From the NCBI GenBank assembly GCA_965248575.1, contig CBDFJQ010000002.1, forward strand, positions 3,202,153 through 3,266,152: DNA of 64,000 nt. The letters run 5' to 3'. Both the position numbers and the translations under genes were made by a program. This DNA is from Planctomycetota bacterium. Its GTDB lineage: Bacteria > Planctomycetota > B15-G4. Positions 38,214-47,742 of this stretch are shown piece by piece (within the stretch, counting starts at the first letter, position 1; each line of letters begins with the position of its first letter). Below the pieces are notes generated by a model. It was not told the origin of the DNA, ran no database searches, and saw only the letters and a program-made list of their open reading frames with translations.

Positions 38214-38318
38214 CGGGTCGTCCAGTTGAGGGACACTTGGCCTGCAGCTCAGACAACGAGGCGAACTGACGCCTCGAAAACTCGCCTCAGACCAAGTGTC
38301 CCTCAACAGGACGCCCCT
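38214..38318 (-). repeat. 105-nt palindromic intergenic element, copy C (core in inverted orientation relative to A and B)
   Basis: The reverse complement reads AGGGGCGTCCTGTTGAGGGACACTTGGTCTG / AGGCGAGTTTTCGAGGCGTCAGTTCGCCTCGTTGTCTGAGCTG / CAGGCCAAGTGTCCCTCAACTGGACGACCCG. The arms pair over about 26-30 bp with a few mismatches, one of which is G:U only on the minus strand. The element starts 15 nt after the stop at 38199. The 12-mer CTGAGGGCCGGG from copy B's arm recurs at 38206-38217. Confidence 0.85.
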
Positions 38319-38635
38319 CCTCGGTGGACAGGCGGCACCCGGGTCGAGACGCGAGCTTGCGTGCTCGCTCTTGGGGTAAGTGGGCGATGGCGCGACCTTC
38401 GACGGTCGTGACGCTAGGCGTCAAAGACATGTGAGGCGTCGAGACAAGCGAAGCACGACTCGTATTTCGCGCTCGATCCCACACAGCCGTTGGACCGCGA
38501 GCAGGAACGGAAGCCCACCGGTCGCGCCCGTCCCGACAGCATCCTTGATCTCTTGCCGGGTATCACCCCAGCAGGCCGGCGGGCGCGAGCGCTAGCATGG
38601 CGTGCTCCGCTAGCCGCTGAGCGGCCGATCCGTAG

Positions 38636-39691
38636 ATGGTCGAGATCATGAAGAGCCCGAATGCCATTGCAATACGTCAAGATCAGCGGAGGCGTGCCTC
38701 ACTGCGCTCTGCTCGGCCATGGCTTGAGGCTTTCGGGGTCTTGTCGCTGCTGTTGACAGCAACGACCGCCTGCGGGCCGCGCGCCCCGGAGTATGAGTGC
38801 CTTCGCCGGCTGGTTCAGCGCAGCGATCTCGTGGCCAGGGTGGAGGTAGAATGGGTCCACCCGGAAGGCCGGAACATGCGCGTGCACATCCTCGAGGTGC
38901 TGCGTGGTGAGGCGCCGGAGGACGGGAAATGCAAGGTGATCGTGCCGACCACTCAAAAGTCCGGCTGGCTAGACAGCCCAGTGAGCGCAAAACACATCCG
39001 CGAAGGTCGAGACCTTCTGCTGTTCTTGAAACGCCAGTCCAGCGGGCAATATCTGGTCGTTTCTCCGCCGATCAGGGAGTTCTCGTCACCCGAAGAGAGG
39101 GATGCTCAAGCCAAGCATGCTCGGCAGCTGTGCACCGTGCTTGAGATCGAAGACCCGGCGCAACGCGATCTCGCGATGACCTCCTGGCTCGTGAACTTGC
39201 TGGAGGACCCCTTTACAGCCTGGGAGGGCGTCAAGGACCTCATGATGACATCGTCGCAGCGGCGTTCAGGAGCCTACTGGATGCATCAGCGTGACCTTCT
39301 GGACAGGGACTACTTCGGTTTGATGGCAGACGAACAAATCGCGCGACTGGTGAACGTGCTGGGCGCACCGACACATTCGATTCACGAGCGCGGACGGCTA
39401 GCCCAGATCTTGCGCGATGTGAGAGACGAGCGCATCGATACCTGCCTCCGGGAACAGCTCCACGACATGGCCTTCGCGCGCAAGGGTGAGCCGGAGACGC
39501 ACGCACACTTTCCAGAAATGGGGTTTCCGCAGAATCTCTATTGGGACGCAGAGGAGCATATGGAGGTTCTCGTCTACCGCACGGGAAACGCTGCCTGTAT
39601 CGGCATTCTGGGTGACTACAAACGCCTGCCCTACGGCGATGAGCTCGGTCTGCCTCTCGTGAAGCAGTTCCTGGAAGCGCTTGATCACTGA
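38636..39691 (+). CDS. hypothetical protein (possible lipoprotein), ORFan in a lower-GC island
   Basis: 351-aa ORF with a hydrophobic segment and a Cys (FGVLSLLLTATTACGP). Codon third positions are visibly less GC-biased than in neighbouring genes. No family recognised. Confidence 0.55.
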   Translation: MVEIMKSPNAIAIRQDQRRRASLRSARPWLEAFGVLSLLLTATTACGPRAPEYECLRRLVQRSDLVARVEVEWVHPEGRNMRVHILEVLRGEAPEDGKCKVIVPTTQKSGWLDSPVSAKHIREGRDLLLFLKRQSSGQYLVVSPPIREFSSPEERDAQAKHARQLCTVLEIEDPAQRDLAMTSWLVNLLEDPFTAWEGVKDLMMTSSQRRSGAYWMHQRDLLDRDYFGLMADEQIARLVNVLGAPTHSIHERGRLAQILRDVRDERIDTCLREQLHDMAFARKGEPETHAHFPEMGFPQNLYWDAEEHMEVLVYRTGNAACIGILGDYKRLPYGDELGLPLVKQFLEALDH

Positions 39692-39892
39692 GCCTGAATG
39701 GAGCGTTGATTCCTGAAGTCGCTCTCATCGGACAATCCCTGTTCGGGGTCCGCCCGCTCAAGGTCAGATCTCTTCGGCCAGCTCCGCCGACCCAGGTGGG
39801 CGCGAACGAGTCACCGAGATCGACACGAGTCACTAGACCCCCGCGCCCCGATCACCGCCGACACCCTCAAACGCGATCGGATCCACGCGCCC

Positions 39893-42602
39893 CTAGAGAG
39901 CCGCCAGCAGCTCCCGGATGCGCCCAACCTCAGCCGCCAACTCCTCCTTCCGCGCGCGTTCGCGAGCGACGATGTCCTCTGGTGCCCGGCTTACGAAGCT
40001 CTCGTTGGAGAGCTTGCCGGTGACCGCATCCAACTGCTTCTGGACCTTGGCCATGTTTCGCTCGAGGTCGGCCTTCTGAGCCTCCTTGTCCACCAGACCG
40101 TCCAGGTCCAACAGCACCTCGAAGGCTGCGGGAGAGTCGCCCGCGAGGTCGATGGCCGCGCCTGCAGGGCGCTCCGGGTTGGCTTCCGCCACCAGGCTCT
40201 CCAGGTTCGCTAGGCGGCGTACGAGGGCCTCGGCTTCAGCCAAGGGAGCACCCCGGCCGGCATCCAACACCACCACGGTCACCTTGGCCGGCTTGGACTC
40301 GGCCACTTCGTTCTGCTGCCGGAGCTTGCGCACCGAACTGACCACGAGTCGCCCGGCGTCCAAGGCCGCCTCAGCCTCGACATCCTTCGGGAGGCCGTCT
40401 GCGCTCGGGAAACTCGCGCCCGCCAACAACTCCGGCAAGGGCGCTTCACTGGCCTCACGCAGGCGCGCCCACACGGCTTCAGTCACGAACGGCGCGATGG
40501 GGTGCAGCATGCCCAAGATGTCTGCGAGCACGCGGCCCAGGACGGCGGCGGCCACGGGATCGGCGGCCTCCCCTTCCAGGCGCGGCTTCACAGCCTCCAC
40601 GTACCAGTCGCAGAAATCGTTCCAGACGAAGCGGTAAAGCGCGTTGGCAGCGTCGTTGAACTCGTAGCGTTCGAAGTGCCCGTCGACGGCCTCGACGGCG
40701 TGAGCGAGGCGCGAGAGGATCCAGCGATCCTCAAGGGTCGTCACCGCAGCCGCGTCAAAGACCGGCAAGCGCCCCGCCTTGCTCAACACGAAGCGCGACG
40801 CGTTCCAGAGCTTGTTCACGAAGTTCCGGCCCATCTCGAACTTCTCGGGGGCCAGCTTGGTGTCCTGCCCCTCCTTCGTGAGCATCACGAGCGAGAAGCG
40901 CACGGCGTCGGCGCCGTACTGGCCGATCATGTCGAGCGGGTCGATGCCGTTGCCGGCACTCTTGCTCATGCGCCGGCCTTGTCCATCCAGCACCGTGGCG
41001 TGGATGTAACAGGTGGTGAAGGGGCAGCGCTCGCCCTCCGGCCGCTCGTCCATGAAGGCGTAGCCGGCCATGACCATGCGAGCAACCCACAGGTAGATGA
41101 TCTCGCTGGCGGTGGACAGGAACTGGGTCGGGTAGAAGCGTGCGAGATCCTGGGTGTTGTCGGGCCAACCGAGGGTGGCCATGGGCCACAGCCAGGACGA
41201 GGCCCAGGTGTCGAGCACGTCGGGGTCCTGCCGCACGATGGGCTTGCCCGTCTCCGGGTGGGCGTGAACCCACTTCGAGGTCGGTCGTCGAGGCCACCGG
41301 CACACCGTCCTCGTCGTACCAGACGGGGATCCGGTGCCCCCACCAGAGCTGGCGCGAGATGCACCAGTCGCGCACGTTCTCCAGCCAGTCCAGGTAGACC
41401 TTTGACCAACGCGCCGGCTTGAACTTCAGCGTGCCGTCCTTCACGGCTTGGATGGCGGGCTGCGCCAGGGGCTCCATCTTCACGAACCACTGCTCGCTCA
41501 CGATGGGCTCGATGGGGCTCTTGCTGCGATCGCTCACGGACACGTTGTGCTCGATGTCCTTCACTTCACCCAGCAGGCCCAGCGCGTCCATGGCCTTGAC
41601 CACGGCCTTGCGGGCCTTCTCGCGCGGCATGCCTGCGAAGTCGCCGGCGGCCTCGGACAGCGAGCCGTCCTTGCCCATGATGTTCACGATGGGCAGGTTG
41701 TGGCGCTTGCCACGCTCGTAGTCGGCGGCGTCGTGGCCGGGGGTCACCTTCACGGCGCCCGTGCCGTAGCTCGCGTCCACCGACTCGTCCGCCACGATGG
41801 GGATGCTGCGATCCATGAGCGGCAGGCGCACGGTCTTGCCCACGAGATCCTTGTAGCGCTCGTCGTCGGGATGCACCGCCACGCCCGTGTCGCCCAGCAT
41901 GGTCTCAGGGCGCGTGGTGGACATGCACAGGAAGCGACCCTCTTCACCCTCCACCGGGTACTTGAGCTCCCAGAGCTTGCCCGCCTTGGTGACGTACTCG
42001 ATCTCGTCGTCGGAGACCGCGGTCTGCAACACGCAATCCCAATTGACGAGCCGCGCGCCGCGATACACGAGGCCGTCTTTCCACAGGCGCACGAAAGCGA
42101 CGCGCACCGCACGGGAAAGGTTGGGGTCCAAGGTGAACGCCGTGCGCGACCAATCGCAACTCGTTCCCAAGCGCTTGAACTGGTCCAGGATCGTGCTGCC
42201 GTGCTGTTCCTTCCAGTCCCAGATCTCCTTCAGGAAAGCCTCGCGACCCATGTCCTCGCGGGTGAGTTTGCGCTCGGCGAAGATCTTCTTCTCCACCACG
42301 GCCTGGGTGGCGATGCCCGCGTGGTCCGTGCCCGGCACCCACAGCGTGTCGAAGCCCGACATGCGGCGATGCCGCGCCACGATGTCCTGCAAGGTGCCGT
42401 TCAGCGCGTGGCCCATGTGCAGCACGCCGGTCACATTGGGCGGCGGGATCATGATGGTGTAGGTGGGGCGATTGCTGTCGGCAGGCGGCGTGAAGAGGCC
42501 GCTGGCATCCCAGCGCGCGCGCATCGCATCCTCGACGGTTCCCGGCTCGTAGCGGGAGGCCATCTCCCCTTCAGGGGCGGTGGGGGCGTCGGCGGTGCTC
42601 AT
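39893..42602 (-). pseudogene. valS: valine--tRNA ligase, reading frame interrupted by a single frameshift near 41270-41330
   Basis: The N-terminal part (frame of ORF 40755..42674) has PPPNVTGVLHMGHAL, TTRPETMLGDTGVAVHP and WCISRQLWWGHRIPVWYDEDG. The C-terminal part (frame of ORF 39893..41305) has RQDPDVLDTWASSWLWP, GRRMSKSAGNGIDP and the C-terminal coiled coil. The two frames are offset by one nucleotide. Both frames are open across 41262-41305. Confidence 0.9.
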
Positions 42603-42612
42603 CTCGGTTTCC

Positions 42613-43893
42613 TCAGGCATCGGGCAAGTGTGCAGCGGCGGATGGTGCGGTGGTTGCGTCTTGGAAGTGAGCACGGGAGCCCGAGAGGGATACCCCCGCG
42701 GGAGCCGGCTTGAGCAGGAGCTCCAGCAGGCCGTGCCCTGGATCCACGACGAGATCCCCCGTGGCAGCGTGGGCCTCGGTGTACCGCACGTCGCGATGGG
42801 ACGACACCCCTGGGCCCCAGAGAGCGAAGGGTACGAGGGGGTCCAGATCGTCGCTGCCCACGAGGGAGGACGTCATGTGGTCGGTGGTCACGAGCAGCCG
42901 CAGGTCCAGCCGGCGGCGGGCCTCTGCCAGGAACGGTGCCACCAGGCGCCGGTCGATGTCCTCAAGCACCCGTTGCTTCAGGCGCACGTCGGTCTGGTGG
43001 CACGCCTCGTTGGCGGCGGCCACGTGCACGAGCACCACGTCGTGGGTTTCCAAGAGCTGCAGGGCAGCCTCCACCTTGGCCTCGTAGAGAGTCTCGGGGT
43101 CGCCCGTGGCGCCCTCCACATCCGGCACCGTGGCTCCCACCGCCAGGCCGAGGCCCCGCACGAGAGGCACCGCGGCCACCAGCCCCAGGCGATGCCCGGT
43201 CTTCAGCTCGAAGGGTTCGATCACCGGCGGACCGCCGCCGCCCCAGAGCCAGATGCGGTCCGCGGCGTTCTCCCCCAGGTCGAGGCGCACCCGGTTCACG
43301 TCGTGATGGCCGAGCAGCCGCGCGGCCTCCTCCATCATCTGCGCGAGGAAACCTCCGTCCGGACCGCTGGGCAGGTGTTCACCCACGGGCAGACCCTGGG
43401 CGCGCGCCGGCGGAACCGTCTCGGCGTCCAGGGCGCCGCGGCCGTGCACCACCATCAGGTTCCGGTAGCCCAGGCCGGCGTGGAAACTCACGTGCTCACT
43501 GCCCAGCTCCTCCTGCAGCGACTGCACCAGGACCCGCGCCTCCTCAGTGCTGATGGGGCCCGCCTGGAAGTCCACCAAGTGCTCCCGGAAGGTGGACGCG
43601 AAGTTCATGCGCAGGGCGTAGTCGTCGGCCTCCAGCGCGACCCCCATGCCCAGCGCCTCCAGCCCCGCCCGGCTGACCGTTTCGCGCCGGGGGTCGTAGC
43701 CCAGGAGCGACACGAGGGCCGCGTCGCTGGAGATGGGCAGCTCGGCAGGAACCGGCCGCACGCGCCCCAAGCGGCCTTCCCGCGCCACGGCATCCATCTG
43801 CGGCGTCTCGGCCGCTTCCAGGGGCGTGCGCCCCTCAAGGGCGGGGTTGGGGCGATCCGAAAGCCCGGTGGGGACGAGAATGAGGGCCTTCAT
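42613..43893 (-). CDS. apgM: cofactor-independent phosphoglycerate mutase, archaeal-type (ApgM / COG3635 family metalloenzyme)
   Basis: Motifs: MKALILVPTGLSDRP, LEGRTPLEAAETPQMDAVAREGRLG, SDAALVSLLGYDP, VLVHVAAANEACH, LLVTTDH. Confidence 0.8.
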   Translation of the reverse strand: MKALILVPTGLSDRPNPALEGRTPLEAAETPQMDAVAREGRLGRVRPVPAELPISSDAALVSLLGYDPRRETVSRAGLEALGMGVALEADDYALRMNFASTFREHLVDFQAGPISTEEARVLVQSLQEELGSEHVSFHAGLGYRNLMVVHGRGALDAETVPPARAQGLPVGEHLPSGPDGGFLAQMMEEAARLLGHHDVNRVRLDLGENAADRIWLWGGGGPPVIEPFELKTGHRLGLVAAVPLVRGLGLAVGATVPDVEGATGDPETLYEAKVEAALQLLETHDVVLVHVAAANEACHQTDVRLKQRVLEDIDRRLVAPFLAEARRRLDLRLLVTTDHMTSSLVGSDDLDPLVPFALWGPGVSSHRDVRYTEAHAATGDLVVDPGHGLLELLLKPAPAGVSLSGSRAHFQDATTAPSAAAHLPDA

Positions 43894-44068
43894 GGGCAGC
43901 GCTGCCTGCGTCGAACGGGGTCACCGGCCCGGATGCACGGCGAAGCCTGTGCCGTGTGCACGAAACCGTCCGCGCGAGCCGCCGGCCATTCTCGGCTCAG
44001 CGAAGCCCGCATGAAAGGGCGCATCGAGAAGTCTGCGCACCCAAGGACTGCCTCGGGGACGGGCTTCC

Positions 44069-44833
44069 TTAGCTGTTCGGGACGGAAACCTCGCCGTCGA
44101 CGCCCGAGTAGCTGATGCTCCCGCTGCCATCGTGATGCACGGCGAACGCGCCCCGGACCTCGTGCACGGAGATGCTGCCCGAGCCGTCGTCCTTCACGGT
44201 CACGTCCCCGGCGACGGAGCCGATGCTCATGCTGCCGGAGCCATCGGTCTCCACGATCACGGAACCGTCCACGTGCTCGATGTCCATGCTACCCGAACCG
44301 TCCGTGAGCCAGACGTCGCCCGCCACCTCATGGATGTCGATGCTGCCCGAGCCGTCCACCACGCGCACGTTGCCGGCGATCTGCGACAGGCTCATGGAGC
44401 CCGAGCCGTCCGTGACATCCACACCGGCCACGCCCGAGATGCTCAGACTTCCCGAGCCATCCAGCACGGTGACGTGCAGGCCTTCAGGCAGCTCGATCAC
44501 GATGTCGATGCCGTTGTTGCCGTTCAGGTCGTCGGGCACCACGGCGGCGATGTGCAGGACGTCACCCCGCTGCTCCACCAGGATCTCGAGCTGGGCCAGG
44601 TTCTCCTTGTGGGAGGTCATGGCATCGCCGCTCACCTGAGCCGCGGTACTGCCCGGCACCATCTCGATGTTCAGGCTGCCGGCCTTGCCCTCCACGTGGA
44701 CCCGGCCGATGCCAACGACCGATGAGGATTGAGCCTCAAGCTGCTCGGAGTAGGCGTAGCCCCAGTTCATGTGGGCACAGCCGGCCAGCAGGACGGCGCA
44801 CAGGGTCGCCAGTGTGATGAGGTGCTTGGGCAT
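44069..44833 (-). CDS. lipoprotein with seven tandem DGSGS beta-strand repeats (DUF4097-like putative adhesin fold)
   Basis: Lipobox is LLAGC. It has seven units of about 18-19 aa with the form DGSGS(I/M/L)x(I/L)xxVxGxVxVx, encoded at 44081-44461. Confidence 0.75.
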   Translation of the reverse strand: MPKHLITLATLCAVLLAGCAHMNWGYAYSEQLEAQSSSVVGIGRVHVEGKAGSLNIEMVPGSTAAQVSGDAMTSHKENLAQLEILVEQRGDVLHIAAVVPDDLNGNNGIDIVIELPEGLHVTVLDGSGSLSISGVAGVDVTDGSGSMSLSQIAGNVRVVDGSGSIDIHEVAGDVWLTDGSGSMDIEHVDGSVIVETDGSGSMSIGSVAGDVTVKDDGSGSISVHEVRGAFAVHHDGSGSISYSGVDGEVSVPNS

Positions 44834-45023
44834 GGGTCTCGCTCCTTCGCGGGGTCGACGTCTTGGACGTGGCTGGCCATTGTTCCCGAGCGACGGCGCT
44901 ACGGCGAGCCCCTAAGGAGGCGCGAGGCCCCAGAGCCACTGCTGGGCCATGCCTGCGCCTGGGGCTTCGAGGGCGCTTCTTGGGCCCGCTTGAGCCCGGG
45001 AGATGCCCTTTCTCGCGTTCCGC

Positions 45024-45791
45024 CTACGAAGCGTCGCGTAGCTCCAGCTGCAGGCCCTGAGGGTCGTGGAAACGCAGGAAACGGCCGTCGTCGCCCACCC
45101 AAAGCGCCACCGTGTGCTGTTCGCCCTCTTTGCCGGCCACGTACTCGAAGCGCCAGGCCATGACCCGGCGCCCAGCCAAGATCAGCTCCTCACGACCGGA
45201 ACAGCGCACCGCTCGCCCCTTGTCCACGCGCGGCCTGGCGCCGAGCGAGAGCAGCGAGAGACGCGTCTCCGTGCCCACCTCGCGCGGCAGCAAGCCCACC
45301 AAGCGCATGAGCCCCTGGCGGATGGCGAACTGATCCGGGACCTTCATATCGACAGTGGCCTCGAAGGTGTGGCCCACGGCGCGTCCGCCTTGCACCTCGA
45401 TCCGCGACCAGGTCGGCGTGTCCTCACGCACCGGCGCCTGGGCTTCGATGAGTACCGGCGTCAGGTGTGGGTCCAGGAGGCAACGGGCAGAGTAGGCGTA
45501 GTCCACCGAAGCCGCTTCGCCCGTGGGGTCGTCCACCCGGGCGGCGTCCTCCAGCTGCACAAAGAGCTCGCCCTCGTGCATCACCAGGCTCTGGCGCAGG
45601 GTCATGCGCCCCACGGCGCGGCCTTTGTCGAGCACGTTGTAGGTGCTCACCGGCCACTCCTGCACCAGGGCAGCGACCCGCTCCACCCAACCGGCGTCGG
45701 GCAGCAATCGGGGAGGGCTCGAGCAAGACGCTGCCAGGCCCAAGAGGCCCAGAAGGCCAGACAGGCCCATCGCCAAGACGAGTTGTCGCAT
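45024..45791 (-). CDS. hypothetical lipoprotein
   Basis: Begins MRQLVLAMGLSGLLGLLGLAASCSS (a lipobox). Composition over 255 aa is protein-like. The upstream part of the 492-aa ORF is antisense to kdsA and was rejected. Confidence 0.6.
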   Translation of the reverse strand: MRQLVLAMGLSGLLGLLGLAASCSSPPRLLPDAGWVERVAALVQEWPVSTYNVLDKGRAVGRMTLRQSLVMHEGELFVQLEDAARVDDPTGEAASVDYAYSARCLLDPHLTPVLIEAQAPVREDTPTWSRIEVQGGRAVGHTFEATVDMKVPDQFAIRQGLMRLVGLLPREVGTETRLSLLSLGARPRVDKGRAVRCSGREELILAGRRVMAWRFEYVAGKEGEQHTVALWVGDDGRFLRFHDPQGLQLELRDAS

Positions 45792-45917
45792 GCCCGATCT
45801 CCCGTGAATGGGTTGCTGCCAAGCGACTGCTAGGATACCGACCGGCTCGGGCAGCCTGCGCTTCCTTCTCATGCTGCCCGAAGCTCGCCCTTTTCTTGCA
45901 GACCGGAACTGACACCC

Positions 45918-46730
45918 ATGCGCATTGGCTCCCTCGAGTTCGTCTCCGGCGGCCCCTTGCTGTTGATGGCTGGGCCCTGCGTCATCGAAGACGACCGCGC
46001 ACCCTTCGAGATCGCCCGCCAACTCAAGGAGATGACGGCCGAGTTGGGCATGCCCTTTGTGTTCAAGGCCAGCTACGACAAAGCCAACCGCACGTCTGTG
46101 AACGCCTTCCGTGGCCCTGGGGTCGAAGAAGGCCTGGCCCTGCTGGGCGCCCTGCGCGAAGAGGTGGGCGTGCCGGTCATGACCGATGTGCACGAGCCCG
46201 AGCACTGCGCCATGGCCGTGGGCAAGGTGGACCTGATCCAGATACCCGCCTTCCTCTGCCGGCAAACCGATCTGTTGGTGGCCGCCGGACAGTCCGGCCT
46301 CGCCGTGAACATCAAGAAGGGTCAGTTCCTGGCGCCCTGGGACATGGAGCACTGCCTCGGCAAGGTGCGCAGCACGGGCAACGAGAATGTCTGCCTCACC
46401 GACCGCGGCTACAGCTTCGGCTACAACGCCCTGGTGAGCGACATGCGCGCCATCCCCCAGATGCAGGCCCTGGGTGCCCCGGTGATCTTCGACGCGACGC
46501 ACAGCGTGCAGCAGCCCGGAGGTGCCGGCGGTTCGACCTCAGGCGACCGGAAGATGGCCCCCGTGCTGGCGCGAGCCGCCGTCGCGGCCGGAGCCGACGG
46601 TGTCTTCGCCGAGACGCACCCCGACCCGGACAACGCCAAGTCGGACGGGCCCAACATGATCCCGCTGGCCGAACTGGCGGGTGTGTTGAAGACGTTGCAG
46701 CGCGTGCAGGCGGCGGTGCGGGAAGACTGA
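45918..46730 (+). CDS. kdsA: 3-deoxy-8-phosphooctulonate (KDO-8-P) synthase
   Basis: Motifs: LLLMAGPCVIE, FVFKASYDKANRTS, FRGPG, EGLALL, VMTDVHE, DLIQIPAFLCRQTDLL, VNIKKGQF, DATHSVQQPGG, ARAAVAAGADGVFAETHPDPDNAKSDGPN. Confidence 0.95.
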   Translation: MRIGSLEFVSGGPLLLMAGPCVIEDDRAPFEIARQLKEMTAELGMPFVFKASYDKANRTSVNAFRGPGVEEGLALLGALREEVGVPVMTDVHEPEHCAMAVGKVDLIQIPAFLCRQTDLLVAAGQSGLAVNIKKGQFLAPWDMEHCLGKVRSTGNENVCLTDRGYSFGYNALVSDMRAIPQMQALGAPVIFDATHSVQQPGGAGGSTSGDRKMAPVLARAAVAAGADGVFAETHPDPDNAKSDGPNMIPLAELAGVLKTLQRVQAAVRED

Positions 46731-46761
46731 GCGCCGCCGGGACACGCGGGCTTCGGCTCGC

Positions 46762-47118
46762 TCAGAGCGCCGACGTCACCGCCTCCTCCACCAAGGCCAA
46801 CGCATGCCGATGCAGAGCCCCCGGCTCGCCATAACGTTCGACGAAGCGCTGCCGTAGCTCCGCTGCCAACCCCGGCCCCCAGGCCAGGCCAGGCAGCAGC
46901 TCCGTGGCCGCCGAGCCCATGCCCATCACCGCGGGGCAGCCCGTGGCCTTGAAGCCCGCGGCGGCCACCTGGCCCGCCTCCTGCCGCAGGTAGAGCACCA
47001 GAAAGTCGCGACAGGCGGCATTGCGCGCCTCGCCCTTGGCGGATGGGCCTCCGTCCGGCGGCCCCACGTTGCGGGGCTCCCGGAGGTGCTGGAGGAGATC
47101 TTCTGGCAGCCGGCTCAT
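46762..47118 (-). CDS. NifU N-terminal/IscU-like domain protein (degenerate: two of the three usual Cys ligands)
   Basis: Motifs are PRNVGPPDG..GEARNAACRDFLVLYL and GFKATGCPAVMGMGSAA. The third conserved Cys position is not Cys (ALHRHALAL). Confidence 0.5.
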   Translation of the reverse strand: MSRLPEDLLQHLREPRNVGPPDGGPSAKGEARNAACRDFLVLYLRQEAGQVAAAGFKATGCPAVMGMGSAATELLPGLAWGPGLAAELRQRFVERYGEPGALHRHALALVEEAVTSAL

Positions 47119-47243
47119 CTCTCCATGCTAACCACCGGCGCCCACCCTCTTTGCCCTCAGGCTCGGGTCGCCTATGATCCGAAGTTCGACTGACCGCCAT
47201 GCGAGCCTCTCGCCCGGCCCCTAGACCGTCCCGGACCCACCCC

Positions 47244-47723
47244 ATGGCCTTCTTCATCATCGAAGAGAAGTGTGTCGGCTGCACCCTGTGTGCCAAGGAG
47301 TGCCCGATCTCCATCATCGAGGGAGAGACGAAGCAGGCCTTCCGTATCTTCGCGCCGGAAGAGTGCATCGAGTGCTCGCTCTGCGCGTGGGTCTGCCCGG
47401 CAGAGGCCATCGAGAACCCCTTCGGTGTGATCCCGCCCAAGCTCAAGATCAACGAGCGCCCGGTGGCCTGGATCGACGAGGAAGGTTGCACGGGTTGTGA
47501 AGTCTGCATGGAGAGCTGCCCCGTGGACGCCATCGACAAGGTGTCCTCCATGGAGCCCAGCGACACCTCGCCCACGAAGGTCTGCCGCGTGGACTACGAC
47601 ACCTGCGTGTCGTGCTCGCTGTGCGCCGTGCTCTGCCCGTGGGAGACCATCTCCATGGCGCTGGACCGCGGCGAGGCCAAGGAGTTGGCCGGCATGCAGG
47701 GCACGCTGCCACTCCCGATCTGA
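47244..47723 (+). CDS. 4Fe-4S ferredoxin-type protein with four CxxCxxCxxxCP cluster motifs
   Basis: The four motifs are CVGCTLCAKECP, CIECSLCAWVCP, CTGCEVCMESCP and CVSCSLCAVLCP. The start is taken at the ATG at 47244 (MAFFIIEEKC). Confidence 0.85.
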   Translation: MAFFIIEEKCVGCTLCAKECPISIIEGETKQAFRIFAPEECIECSLCAWVCPAEAIENPFGVIPPKLKINERPVAWIDEEGCTGCEVCMESCPVDAIDKVSSMEPSDTSPTKVCRVDYDTCVSCSLCAVLCPWETISMALDRGEAKELAGMQGTLPLPI

Positions 47724-47742
47724 GGGCTGCCCGCGAGCGCGC

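Noticed and set aside
44081-44461. Regularly spaced repeats that could be mistaken for a CRISPR-like array. The same applies to the Leu/Glu repeats at 54290-54500.
   Set aside because: The repeats are in-frame coding repeats (DGSGS units, acidic tracts). There is no spacer/repeat alternation of the appropriate size and no cas genes are present.
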